Assembly (NCBI GenBank): GCA_051294905.1
Contig: CM119371.1
Location: forward strand, 20,338,001 to 20,402,000
Length of the DNA: 64,000 bases
Source: Botryllus schlosseri
Taxonomy: Eukaryota
Direction of reading: 5' to 3'
Part shown: piece by piece, positions 19,016 through 31,939 of the stretch
How the letters are laid out: each line of letters starts with the position of its first letter
Position numbering within the stretch: position 1 is the stretch's first letter
The notes under the pieces: generated by a model
What the model was told of the DNA's origin: nothing
Seen by the model: only the letters and a program-made list of their open reading frames with translations
Databases searched by the model: none
Program-made: the position numbers and the translations under genes

Positions 19016-22000
19016 AGTAGTGAGGGTGGATCAAATATACGCAGGCCAATCAGAGAGCGCCACGTCATCCTAATTGCCACGCCCATTTTCACACCCGAAG
19101 GGTATATTCATCTGCTACGTCATCTGTGCCACATCATCAAGCGCCACGCCTATAGTGCCACATCATCAATCCATTGCTATATCATCACTGCATTGATTGC
19201 CGCATCTTGATACTTTTCTCAGATATTCTATTTTGTGTATTTAGGACTAATGTCATCCGTCCATATTTTTAGACTTGATTTTATCTGTACAAGTTACGGT
19301 TTCTGCAGTGTCCACATTTTACGACTTATGATTTCCACGTCAAAACTTACCTTGGCTAGAATCGACGGCATGATTTTTGTGATAAGGACCTAGGTAACAT
19401 TCAGAGTCTGCAACGATTGTTTGGATATACATTATAGCAATACCGCACCAAACTATAGGCGGTTATATTACTCTATTGGTCAGAGATAACTCATCCGTCC
19501 ACATTTTTAAACTTGATTTTATGTATACAAGTTACGGTCTCTGCAACCGAACTTCAACGTAACGATTTTTCAGTAAGCAGTTATGTTTCCATGCTACTTT
19601 TACTTCTATTTAACGGGTTTTCATAGCGATTTTGAGTGCAGGCAGATAGCGGTTTCGATTTCCGAGGTCTCCACATTTTAAGCCTTATTATCAGTTCGCA
19701 GTACAACCGCTACCCGTATAATGTTTGCATGTCGAGTATAAGGGTATTTAACTCAGCACTAAAATGCCAACGGACTAGCCGCAGGGCCCGGTTCTCGTCG
19801 CTATAATTAAACGAACACCTTCGCCGCAGGTACGCGATCCCCGACGTTATAATGATAGGGCCAAATTAGCCGCATGAAAGCGAGTCTAATGAATATAACG
19901 ACAGACACCAAGTTAGTTGAAAAGTAAAACTAATCGTGACCGATGCAAGACGGATTGAAACAGCGCTTTCGCTCGATTCTTGTAGTGACCACATTTCATA
20001 CGATTCAGTCCTTTTCATGTCACTAGAATAAGGGTGATTAAACCGACAGTGAAACGCCGCCGGCATCTTATAACGTAATAATGTAAGCTGCGTCGGATGC
20101 TGCTATAATGTTAGGAGCGAATATAGTAGAAAGTCCACGTCTACGCATACTACCGTAGTAGAACGCAATTCACGCAAAAGTCGATATTGCTTTGTGATGA
20201 TTTTGATGTTGTTCCATACCGATTGGGAAGATAGGACTCCTAATTCCTTAACTAACTACATAATCTTTAGTAACGTAGTCAGAAGCATAACGGAATTTAC
20301 GCAAAATCGGTATTGCTCTGCGATAATTTTTACCACTATGTTTTGATAATAACTTGCTTCCGAGAAATAGATAACATTCATTATACGTTAGATGATACTT
20401 TTCCTTTATATTCTATTATGTGTATTTAGGGCTAATGCGACATCACTATGTTGGCGACAGGCCTGATTTGAACACACTAATTTTGCAAATTAAACTTATC
20501 ACCCACCACGAACACTCAGTGAAGAGCATACCCTGGAGCACCCTCATAAATGCTCTACAATTCGTGACGTATAATATATACTGAGCATATAATAAGCTGA
20601 CAAAACTGATACTTGAGTACTCCGAAATGTTCCATTGTCATAATGTCCTACACCTGTGAACCAATCTTCAAGTTGCGCATTCAATGTTTAGCTCGGTAAT
20701 TCCGTTATTAAAGTTGAGTATGCATAGGTACGTGCTACGCTCCCGCAAAAGTCGGTATGGAACTGCGTTAGTTTAAAATTTGTTCAATCATGAAATGCGT
20801 AACAAAATTTGACATGGTGCATTGTCATAATAATGTCTTACAACTGCGTACCGAGTTTCAAGGTGGGGAGTCGAATATTAACATGGTAATTCCGCTATTA
20901 AAGTTGACTATGTATCGTGCTACGCTACGGAAAAAGAGATTTAGCCAAAATTCTGTATCGAACTGCTTTGGTTTTAAAGGTGTTACATCATGAAATGTCT
21001 GACGAAATTTGGTATGGTGCATTGTTATTATGTCCTACAACTGTGTACTAACGTTCAAGGTGAGAATTTAATGTTTAGCATACTAATTCTGTTATTGAAA
21101 TTGACTATGTATGGGTATATGCTATGTTCACGAAAATCAGATATGCGTAAAAGTCGGCATTCGACTGCGATAGTTTCAAAGGTGTTCCATCATTAGATGT
21201 GTGATGAAATTTAGCATGGTGCATTGCCATAAGGCTCTACAACTACGTATCAAGTTTAGAGTTGGTATTCAATGTTAAGCATGGTAATTCCGTTATTAAA
21301 GTTGGCTATGTATGGATACGTGCAATACGCTCCCGCAAAACAGATGTATGCAAAAAGTCGATGTAAAGCCGCGTTAGTGTTAAAGTTGTTCCATCATGAA
21401 ATGTGTGATGGGATTTGGTATGGTGCATTTTTATAATGTCCTATAACCGCGTACCAACTTTCAAGGTGGGAATTCAATGTTTAACACGGTAATTCTGCTA
21501 TTGAAATTGACTATGTATAGGTATATGCTATGTTCACGCAAAACAGATATGCGTAAAAGTCGGTATTCGACTGCGTTAGTTTTAAAGGTGTTCCTTGATT
21601 AGATGTGTGATGAAATTTAGCATGGTGCAACAAAAGTCTGTATCGAACTGCTTTAGTTTTAAAGGTGTTACATCATGAAATGTCTGACGAAATTTGGTAT
21701 GGTGCATTGTTATTATGTCCTACAACTGTGTACTAACGTTCAATGTGAGAATTTAATGTCTAGCATACTAATTCTGTTATTGAAATTGACTATGTATTGG
21801 TATATGCTATGTTCACGAAAATCAAATATGCGTAAAAGTCGGTATTCGACTGCGATAGTTTCAAAGGTGTTCCATCATTAGATGTGTGATGAAATTTAGC
21901 ATGGTGCATTGCCATAAGGCTCTAACTACGTATCAAGTTTCGAGTTGGGATTCAATGTTAAGCATGCTAATTCCGGTTTTAAAGTTGGCTATGTATGGGT

Positions 22001-22763
22001 ACGTGCTATACGCTCGCGTAAAACAGATGTACGCAAAAAGTCGATGTAGAGCCGCGTTTAGTTTTAAAGTTGTTCCATCATGAAATGTGTGATGGGATTT
22101 GGTATGGTGCATTGTTAAAACGACCTATAACCGCGTACCAACTTTCACGTTGGGAATTCTATGTTTAACACGGTCATTCTGCTATTAAAATTGACTATGT
22201 ATAGATATATGCTATGTTCACGCAAAACAGATATGCGCAAAAGTCGGTATTCGACTGCGTTAGTTTTAAAGGTGTTCCATCATTAGATGTGTGATGAAAT
22301 TTAGCATGGTGCATTGCCCTAATGTCCTACAACTACGTATCAAGTTTAGAGTTGGGATTCGATGTTAAGCATGGTAGTTCCGTTATTAGAGTTGACTATG
22401 TATATATGTACACGCTACCGAAAACAGATTTAGGCAAAAGTTGCTATGGAACTGCGTTAGTTTTAAAGTTGTTCCATCATGAAATGTGTGATGAAATTTG
22501 GTATGCTGCATAATCACAATGTTCTACAACTACGTACCAAGTTTCAAGGTGAGGAGTCACATATTAGCATGGTAATTCTGTTATTAAAGCTGACTATGTA
22601 TATGTACACGCTACCGAAAACAGATTTAGGCAAAAGTTACTACAGAACTGCGTTAGTTTTAAAGTTGTTCCATCATGAAATGTGTGATGAAATTTGGTAT
22701 GCTGCATAATCACAATGCCCTGGAGCTCATTTAGATACGTTTTTAAATGTAGTTACACATTCT
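19016..22763 (+). repeat. Left terminal inverted arm (~3.75 kb)
   Basis: Reverse complement of 25208-28079, near-identical. Mirror ORFs are identical (19866-20066 vs 27029-27229; 20790-21196 vs 25899-26305). It is longer because of extra tandem units. Confidence 0.95.
20630..22730 (+). repeat. Diverged ~200-bp tandem repeat array inside the left arm
   Basis: Recurring core CATCATGAAATGTGTGATGAAATTTGGTATGGTGCATTG near 20787, 20987, 21190, 21393, 21672, 21874, 22076, 22278, 22475 and 22672. Includes a higher-order ~685-bp duplication. Confidence 0.9.
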
Positions 22764-22949
22764 TGAATACTAATTAAAAAATAAAAAATAAAGAGCGAAA
22801 AATTACATTTTATCCCGGGACGTAACAAGAAAAATCGTATGAATTTGTAAACTACTTATTCGGTAAACTACTCTTTACTTCACAAAACAAAGTTACAAAA
22901 GTAAGCAGATTTATATGAAAACCCGTTAATTAGAAGTAAAAGTAATAAC

Positions 22950-23500
22950 AATGCATCATACCACATTTGATCACAATTTCATGATACAATACCTTTAAAA
23001 CTAACGCAGTTCTCTACACACTTTTGCGTAAATCTGTGTTTCGCTAGCGTAGCACGTACCTATACATAGTAAGCTTCAATAACGGAATTACCATGCTAAT
23101 AATCAAATCCTCACCCTGAAACTTGGTACGCGGTTATAGGACATTATGAAAATACAACATACCAAAATTTCGTCAGACATTTCATGATGTAACACCTTTA
23201 AAACCAACGCAGTTCTATGCCGACTTTTGGCTAAATCTGTTATCCATAGCGCAGCACGTACCTATACATAGTCACCTTTAAAACGGAATTACCGTGTTAA
23301 TAATCGGCTCCTCACCTTGAAACTCGGTACGCAGTTGTAATACATTATGACAATGTACCATGTAAAATTTTGTTACGCATTTCATGATTGAACAACTTGA
23401 AAACTAACGCAGTTCTATACCGACATTTGCGTGAAACTGTTTTGCGGGAGCTTAGCACATACCTATGCGTAGTCAACTTTAATGACGGAATTACAGATGT
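22950..23500 (-). repeat. About three further units of the ~200-bp repeat, in reverse orientation, in the spacer
   Basis: Reverse-complement cores (ATACCAAA..TCAGACATTTCATGAT) near 22960, 23160 and 23360. Confidence 0.8.
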
Positions 23501-23858
23501 AATTAGGTTTCAGCACTTTTACAACGATTCTTCTTGCTTCCTATAACATCCCACTCGAAGCCCTCGTTATTAGGCTATGATCTCAGCCTATGAGCTATGT
23601 CTTGAAGCCTAATGGGACTTTGCAAACTGTTTCGATTTATTCTACCCGTTTTAATTTAAGGAAGCCCATTTCACTCAATGTATCGATGCCTACAGTATAG
23701 AGTATACTCTACAAAATTTTCTGATTAATTCTCCCTATGTTAATTTACCATAAGACAATTTGACTCCTAAAGTCCGAAATACTCGTTCGCTTGAGCTAAA
23801 CCGCAGCGCCAGGAGTGGAATTTTATAGTTCTTGTAAAAAGTTGTTTGTACACAATAT

Positions 23859-24927
23859 ATGTTTAAGGTAAGTCCTACGCATTCATGATTTCGTCCGAGT
23901 TTGTATTTTAGTAATATATACTAATTTACGATACCGCGTTTGTAACTTGTGCAAGTATAGGCCTACAGAAATAGCATAGTTCTTGAACCGTGCTCAATGC
24001 TCAATAGACCATTTTTGCTATTTTTCATCGCCATAAGTCATTCTGGATCGCGTAAACGCATCGTACGATATAGATGAAAGTTATGCAAATTCTAGGATCC
24101 TCATTTTCAAAGTAGCTTAGATCTCGAAATAAGCTCCGACTCGCTATTTTCCTCAAAGCATGGAATTACACGAGTATCACCTTCGATCGCTGAAGAAAAG
24201 GATGAGATTATATCCGAAGCATATTCCTTGACCAGGAATTTTATCATGTACGAACTCGATGGCTCATGCGTTAAGGTAAATACGAAAGCAGAGAGAACCT
24301 TACGTCGAGTTGGGGATGAAATGTTCGAGCGACATCGAACTGTCCTAAACGCAGTCTCCAAACGTCTCCGCTATAGCGATGTAGAAGTCAATGAAAAATA
24401 TAAAGAATATTTACCCGATGAGCGAATGTTCCAGATGATAGCTGATGAAATTTGCAAAGATACCAAAGAAAATTGGGGTAGGATTGTCTCCCTTTTTGTG
24501 CTCGGTAGCATTCTTGCTCGCAAGAACGAGGATGAACATCATGGGGAGCATATAGAAGCTATCATACAGACAGTCGGAAATTACATTGCTAGCAGAAGAC
24601 TAAAGTGGATAGTGCGAAATGGAGGATGGGTGGGTGATTTACATGCTTTGCTTAGGATTTATAAATTATCTTTTAGCTTGAGATATATAGTGTATCCGCT
24701 CCCCAGAGCCCATATCATCTCTCGATGATGAAACTCAGCTTTACCTTCCAATTCGGTTCCCGATACGATAACTTTCATCCGTATGATCATTAAAGCTTCT
24801 ATTTTTGTTGTAGGATGGCTTTGTAGGATTCTTTGACAATACCGCTCTCGACTACAATAAAGTTTGGAAGGGACTCGTGTTTGTCGGAATCGGACTGACA
24901 TCTATAGCAATGGCATTATCAAGATAA
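23859..24927 (+). CDS. Bcl-2 family anti-apoptotic-type protein (MCL1/Bcl-2-like), 3 exons: 23859-23867, 24096-24629, 24814-24927 (218 aa)
   Basis: BH3 TLRRVGDEMF, BH1 ENWGRIVSLF, and BH2 WIVRNGGW|DGFVGFF joined across a phase-0 GT..AG intron (24630-24813) at the position conserved in Bcl-2-family genes. BH4-like ISEAYSLTRNFIMYEL; C-terminal TM anchor VWKGLVFVGIGLTSIAMAL; AATAAA at 24966. Exon 1 (ATG TTT AAG|GTAAGT) is in phase with the acceptor at 24095 but is less certain. Confidence 0.9.
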
Positions 24928-25207
24928 TGGATGCTCGCATGTTTTGTCTCATGTAATATTTTAAGAATAAAATTTACTTATTCATGACATATTAATAATT
25001 CTACTTGTACATTTTTTCACATTTTATAACACTTCAAATAGTACTTAACAGTTTCAGTTTTAATTAAAATACGGAATATAAACTAATCGAAAAATTCGGT
25101 AACCAATTTCATGTAGGCTATGCATACAAATGAGGAAATTACATCAACTCGTGTTACACTAGTTGTATCGAGTTATCGAATGATTTTTTCCTTGCACCAA
25201 AACAACT

Positions 25208-28079
25208 AGAATGTGTAACTACATTTAAAAAAAAAGTATCTAAATGAGCTCCAGGGCATTGTGATTATGCAGCATACCAAATTTCATCACACATTTCATG
25301 ATGGAACAACTTTAAAACTAACGCAGTTCCATAGCAACTTTTGCCTAAATCTGTTTTCGGTAGCGTGTACATATATACATAGTCAACTCTAATAACGGAA
25401 CTACCATGCTTAACATCGAATCCCAACTCTAAACTTGATACGTAGTTGTAGGACATTAGGGCAATGCACCATGCTAAATTTCATCACACATCTAATGATG
25501 GAACACCTTTAAAACTAACGCAGTCGAATACCGACTTTTGCGCATATCTGTTTTGCGTGAACATAGCATATATCTATACATAGTCAATTTTAATAGCAGA
25601 ATGACCGTGTTAAACATAGAATTCCCAACGTGAAAGTTGGTACGCGGTTATAGGTCGTTTTAACAATGCACCATACCAAATCCCATCACACATTTCATGA
25701 TGGAACAACTTTAAAACTAAACGCGGCTCTACATCGACTTTTTGCGTACATCTGTTTTACGCGAGCGTATAGCACGTACCCATACATAGCCAACTTTAAT
25801 AACGGAATTACCATGCTTAACATTGAATACCAACTCTAAACTTGATACGTAGTTGTAGAGCCTTATGGCAATGCACCATGCTAAATTTCATCACACATCT
25901 AATGATGGAACACCTTTGAAACTATCGCAGTCGAATGCCGACTTTTACGCATATCTGATTTTCGTGAACATAGCATATACCCATACATAGTCAATTTCAA
26001 TAACAGAATTAGTATGCTAAACATTAAATTCTCACCTTGAACGTTAGTACACAGTTGTAGGACATAATAACAATGCACCATACCAAATTTCGTCAGACAT
26101 TTCATGATGTAACACCTTTAAAACCAAAGCAGTTCGATACAGAATTTTGGCTAAATCTCTTTTTCCGTAGCGTAGCACGATACATAGTCAACTTTAATAG
26201 CGGAATTACCATGTTAATATTCGACTCCCCACCTTGAAACTCGGTACGCAGTTGTAAGACATTATTATGACAATGCACCATGTCAAATTTTGTTACGCAT
26301 TTCATGATTGAACAAATTTTAAACTAACGCAGTTCCATACCGACTTTTGCGGGAGCGTAGCACGTACCTATGCATACTCAACTTTAATAACGGAATTACC
26401 GAGCTAAACATTGAATGCGCAACTTGAAGATTGGTTCACAGGTGTAGGACATTATGACAATGGAACATTTCGGAGTACTCAAGTATCAGTTTTGTCAGCT
26501 TATTATATGCTCAGTATATATTATACGTCACGAATTGTAGAGCATTTATGAGGGTGCTCCAGGGTATGCTCTTCACTGAGTGTTCGTGGTGGGTGATAAG
26601 TTTAATTTGCAAAATTAGTGTGTTCAAATCAGGCCTGTCGCCAACATAGTGATGTCGCATTAGCCCTAAATACACATAATAGAATATAAAGGAAAAGTAT
26701 CATCTAACGTATAATGAATGTTATCTATTTCTCGGAAGCAAGTTATTATCAAAACATAGTGGTAAAAATTATCGCAGAGCAATACCGATTTTGCGTAAAT
26801 TCCGTTATGCTTCTGACTACGTTACTAAAGATTATGTAGTTAGTTAAGGAATTAGGAGTCCTATCTTCCCAATCGGTATGGAACAACATCAAAATCATCA
26901 CAAAGCAATATCGACTTTTGCGTGAATTGCGTTCTACTACGGTAGTATGCGTAGACGTGGACTTTCTACTATATTCGCTCCTAACATTATAGCAGCATCC
27001 GACGCAGCTTACATTATTACGTTATAAGATGCCGGCGGCGTTTCACTGTCGGTTTAATCACCCTTATTCTAGTGACATGAAAAGGACTGAATCGTATGAA
27101 ATGTGGTCACTACAAGAATCGAGCGAAAGCGCTGTTTCAATCCGTCTTGCATCGGTCACGATTAGTTTTACTTTTCAACTAACTTGGTGTCTGTCGTTAT
27201 ATTCATTAGACTCGCTTTCATGCGGCTAATTTGGCCCTATCATTATAACGTCGGGGATCGCGTACCTGCGGCGAAGGTGTTCGTTTAATTATAGCGACGA
27301 GAACCGGGCCCTGCGGCTAGTCCGTTGGCATTTTAGTGCTGAGTTAAATACCCTTATACTCGACATGCAAACATTATACGGGTAGCGGTTGTACTGCGAA
27401 CTGATAATAAGGCTTAAAATGTGGAGACCTCGGAAATCGAAACCGCTATCTGCCTGCACTCAAAATCGCTATGAAAACCCGTTAAATAGAAGTAAAAGTA
27501 GCATGGAAACATAACTGCTTACTGAAAAATCGTTACGTTGAAGTTCGGTTGCAGAGACCGTAACTTGTATACATAAAATCAAGTTTAAAAATGTGGACGG
27601 ATGAGTTATCTCTGACCAATAGAGTAATATAACCGCCTATAGTTTGGTGCGGTATTGCTATAATGTATATCCAAACAATCGTTGCAGACTCTGAATGTTA
27701 CCTAGGTCCTTATCACAAAAATCATGCCGTCGATTCTAGCCAAGGTAAGTTTTGACGTGGAAATCATAAGTCGTAAAATGTGGAAACTGCAGAAACCATA
27801 ACTTGTACACATAAAATCAAGTCTAAAAATATGGACGGATGACATTAGTCCTAAATACACAAAATAGAATATCTGAGAAAAGTATCAAGATGCGGCAATC
27901 AATGCAGTGATGATATAGCAATGGATTGATGATGTGGCACTATAGGCGTGGCGCTTGATGATGTGGCACAGATGACGTAGCAGATGAATATACCCTTCGG
28001 GTGTGAAAATGGGCGTGGCAATTAGGATGACGTGGCGCTCTCTGATTGGCCTGCGTATATTTGATCCACCCTCACTACT
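25208..28079 (-). repeat. Right terminal inverted arm (~2.87 kb)
   Basis: See left arm. Inner junction AGAATGTGTAACTAC (25208) mirrors GTAGTTACACATTCT (ends 22763). Confidence 0.95.
25250..26465 (-). repeat. ~200-bp tandem repeat array inside the right arm (fewer units)
   Basis: Reverse complement of the left-arm array, lacking ~0.9 kb of units. Confidence 0.9.
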
Positions 28080-28962
28080 CCCCTCCTCCCTAAATCAAAT
28101 AAATATTTCAGTTGTCCATCCTTGTATAGTGTGTCAGGATTGGTTGGCGAATTGAAGGAGAAATTGAAACATTCATCGCAATAGCATAAAAATATTGTCA
28201 GTCTCCTATATGTAACAATAACGGGATATTCATTCTGGATCATGGATTACAAATACCTCGCACGTTTCCATTCGATTACGCAATCGAGTACATTTCTTGC
28301 TCCTAAAACTCGGACTCCCACAGGCTCCAAGCCGTTTTCTTATCCTTATGCATTTTCTGAATCTCTCAGTTATACTGAAAAATAATATTAGACTCGGTAA
28401 AACCAAACCTTACAATCGTGCAATGACAGTAGTTGCTCTCGTCGATCAAACCACCCGTCGCGAAGATGAACAAATCGTACAATGTACACTCTACAGATCC
28501 AGCGATTTTGTCTCTATACCGACTAGTTACTGATATGTCATTTGACTCGAAAATTTCACTTCCAGTCACGAATCTCACGGGAGTAAAGTCATGTCTTAGA
28601 TTGGAGCGGTTCTCAATAGCCACTCCGCGGACCGGTACCGGTTCGTGAAGTCTCCTGCCGGTCCGCCAAAGATAATTAGACTTCTCTATTTGAATTCGAA
28701 ATTTCTAGACATTTTAAGAGACAAATAAAACATCAAAGTGTAAATTGATTTAGAAGTATGGCATGAATTTCTGCATGGTCATGGTCTGCTTTCAGCGTAC
28801 ATCTCAATGGTGCAAGTATCTCACGAAACTGTTCAAAAGTTGCCCACAACTCGTGTCGTACAAGTTTTATACGTGGAGTCTACGGAGACGTTTACGAAAA
28901 CTTAATTCGTTAATTCTGATAGTGCGAATAATCGACACAGAGGTTTATAATAGAGACTATAG

Positions 28963-29344
28963 CAGTGGTTCGCAACGTGGGCGATTTTGTTAAAAAGGAG
29001 TTAAAGATAACAAACGGGCGATTTAGGGCTACATGCTAGAACGTCCAGTCAGATATATTTAATTACCCGGCAACCGGATACCGGCACAAGATATAGGCTA
29101 CACGTGAGAAATTGTTATTCCGGAACTGCCGCGAAAGTCGACTAAAAAAGAAGTGAACTCGCCACATCATATCCACAGATACCGGGATTGCAGCGACAAT
29201 TTGGCCTTTTTAGTCAACCTACTAGCGATCAGAGTTCACTGTGTTTATATGTCCTCTTTCTCCGATCAGAAAATATTGGAGGTGATAGATATATGTCGAG
29301 CTTAATAAGGGGGAGATGAGTCGAAAAAAGGTCGGGAACCACTG
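28963..29344. mobile_element. hAT-type MITE
   Basis: CAGTGGTTCGCAAC...GGGAACCACTG; flanks GACTATAG/GCCTGTAG (degenerate 8-bp TSD). Confidence 0.55.
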
Positions 29345-30476
29345 GCCTGTAGTAGACAGCAAAGTCGAGTTCATTTCAAAAGACCCAAACAATCACAGTG
29401 GCATTATTGATGTCAGTTGACTTCGCTAGCTTCTCGCAGAAACATCAAGAGAATCACGTACAAATATATGATATCAAAAGGGCAGCGCATAATGAAATTT
29501 CCATTATTACATTTGAGTTGCATACATTTGTAGCCTTTAAGTTTAGGATTAATTTGAACATTTTAAGGTACACCAGTCCGCAACATTTGTTTGGATGTTT
29601 TACCAGTCCGCGTGGTCAAAAAGATCGACAACCACGGACTTTAAGTCGTCATTTCACTGGTATGTGAATATGTGCACGGCCGAGGTGGCCGTCGCATTCC
29701 GCAGCCCTCATTATGCAGGAGATGGTTGAAAATGACTTGTGGTATTTTGCTTATTTACGTTCCATTTCGTTCCATGCAATTTCACTTGCTTTGTACTGCT
29801 CATTAAACCGCGACACGCGGGGCAGAGAGGGATTGTCCACACTGAGTTCATCTGGTAACTATATGATTGGTTTATCAATTTGACAGGACGTATCAGGGTG
29901 ATTCAAATTTTAGAGAATATTTAATGTTGCATATTTGCTTACAGATACATGTTCATAACTTCTTTTACGTTAGAGTCGTACCATTATCACGCATCGTTTC
30001 TCACAGAATCGACGATAGAAATTTCAATAGAGGTACTGTACATGGGCTTATTGGAACGAGATTTGAAAAGGATTAGTTTATCAATGTATCGATTTCGACA
30101 AATTTTGAAACTTAAAAAGTAAACTTGGATTGAAGTTTACAGTAATCTACAGCAGACTACAGACGTAGAAAATTGAATAACCCAAGATAATTTCGTTTCG
30201 GCTCGATGCTTCGCAAAAACTTTAACAACATCGTTAACTTATTATATGCTAAATATGTAAATTTCTTCATGGCATGGTATGGTAATGTGGCTAGATTCGT
30301 GAAAATTTGCATATTTTGGACATTTGTCGTAGAGCAATAACTTTATGTGGTCGAAGAAAACCAGCGCCATTTTTAGAATCAGGATACCAAAATTAGCCCA
30401 ATGCTAATGCAAAATCAAATTCAACAATTTTTTCGTTCAAAATTGTTGTCCAGTGTAATTGATAAACATAAGAAAA

Positions 30477-30700
30477 TAGGCGAGTGAATGCTTTCGCTTG
30501 CTGCAAACATCAAAAGCGAATTAGTTCCGAGTTCAGAGTCCGAGTCCGGCCAATGAGGAGTATGGAATTCCTACCTACAAGTGATGGAGGTTTATCCTTG
30601 CTACCATACGTAATTTTATCCCACAAGCGATGCCTTACATAAGTTTACAATGAATATGAGCAGCGCTACAAGTCGGCATTTCCGCATTCATAATTAAGAA
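30477..30700 (+). mobile_element. Degenerate SINE copy (same family as 37086-37300)
   Basis: Shares GAATTCCTACCTA..AGTG..GGTTTATC and GCTACAAGTCGGCA with the copy at 37086. Confidence 0.45.
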
Positions 30701-30737
30701 TATTGACTTGTTATGAAAGGCCCGATGTCATCTAGAC

Positions 30738-31130
30738 CAGTGGTTCCCAACCTTTTTCGACCCATCGCCCCCTTTTCAAGGTCAATACCGATCATCGCCC
30801 CCCAAATTTTGTGCACCGACAATTGGGCATACAGACTGTAATGACCGGCGGGTTGACTAAAAAAAAAAAAAAAAAAAAGTCATCTTTCTCCGCCCAGAGC
30901 TGAAAATAACGTTTTTTCGCTCCACATTGCTAGGTGGATGACTAAAAAAAAAAAAAACAAAAAAAAAAAGGTCAGCCGTTTTTACGCGTCATCGCCCCCC
31001 TATCGCCCCCTTCGCTATTTTCGCCCCCCGTCGCCCCCTTTGTCCATTTTCGCCCCCTTCGTCATTTTCGCCCCCCTAGCTCGCCAAATCGCCCCCTGGG
31101 GGGCGATATCGCCCACGTTGGGAACCACTG
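30738..31130. mobile_element. hAT (Charlie-like) MITE
   Basis: TIRs CAGTGGTTCCCAAC/GTTGGGAACCACTG; TSD ATCTAGAC/ATCCAGAC; internal TCGCCCCC repeats. Confidence 0.85.
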
Positions 31131-31939
31131 ATCCAGACACTATGAACAGCGCAAGAACGATAACAATACCAACAAAAAAATTATAGATCCGGTGACGAGT
31201 TAGCTTTCGGAGAAAATCTTGGCATGAACTTCAAAATGTGCAAGCCCAAATTGCGATTTTCAGTACTTTAGATCCCGCATCGAGGACTCCCGATTACATT
31301 CGGTGATATTTATATTTCTTTCATAGTATATACAATACATACGTGAGTCCTTTCATAAATCGAGCATATCTGCGACCTGCGCTAGTGCCGCGTATGCTTG
31401 AGCAGATAACCACACAAACGAACAGGGCGATAAGTATAGCGGTCTTCATGTCTTAGTGTGTATACCTATAAATTCAATATCATGTTATTATACTTGACAA
31501 TTCCTACGCCTCTCGTTTCAGAATAGTTCAATAACCTGAAAAAACCTCTAGACACAAAGGTACACAGAAGTGAAGATGCATTCTTATGCAAAATATATGT
31601 CATTGAGACAACATGCATGATCAATTACCCGTCAATATGTGTGTCGAGTACGAACGCGAGCTCTCTAAGTTACAGTTATTACTGCCTCATAAAACTAATG
31701 CCATATAATTTGGGTGCGACGAAATCATTACAGAGCTCCATCACACTTTTTGTTTTACTGCAAATCATTTTCCTAAGCTCAGCCGTATGGGCCCAGCAGG
31801 TTGATTTTTCGGCCTGATTTGAGCTGGAAACTGGTACAAAATCTGTATTGATAATAAGCCGAGCGCCCTATTTCGTCCCACTCATGCCAGAAATATTTTC
31901 TAGTCACGAAACATCGGAGCCCGACGCGAATTTTATCAC

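Larger units (their letters stand above)
19016..28079. mobile_element. Non-autonomous Polinton/Maverick-like long-TIR element carrying a Bcl-2-family gene
   Basis: Termini AGTAGTGAGGGTGGATC...GATCCACCCTCACTACT. Flanking 6-mers are CTCCTC (19010-19015) and CCCCTC (28080-28085). A paralogous empty site AGAA-CCCCTC-CTCTAAATCA at 62041-62060 has one copy of the 6-mer. No pPolB, integrase or capsid ORFs inside. Confidence 0.75.

Noticed and set aside
20630..22730. CRISPR-like array or repeated small proteins (MKC..KFGMVHC ORFs)
   Set aside because: Units are diverged ~200-bp tandem repeats with no unique spacers and no cas genes. The ORFs vary in frame between units and are by-products of the repeat.
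24228..24728. Single-exon 166-aa ORF as given in the ORF track
   Set aside because: It starts at TTG inside an exon and reads into the intron after GGW. The spliced model restores BH2 and the TM anchor.
19016..28079. Palindrome as a pure assembly artefact
   Set aside because: It has defined termini, a 6-bp TSD matching an empty paralogous site, a unique spacer and arm-specific differences. Long-read confirmation is still desirable.
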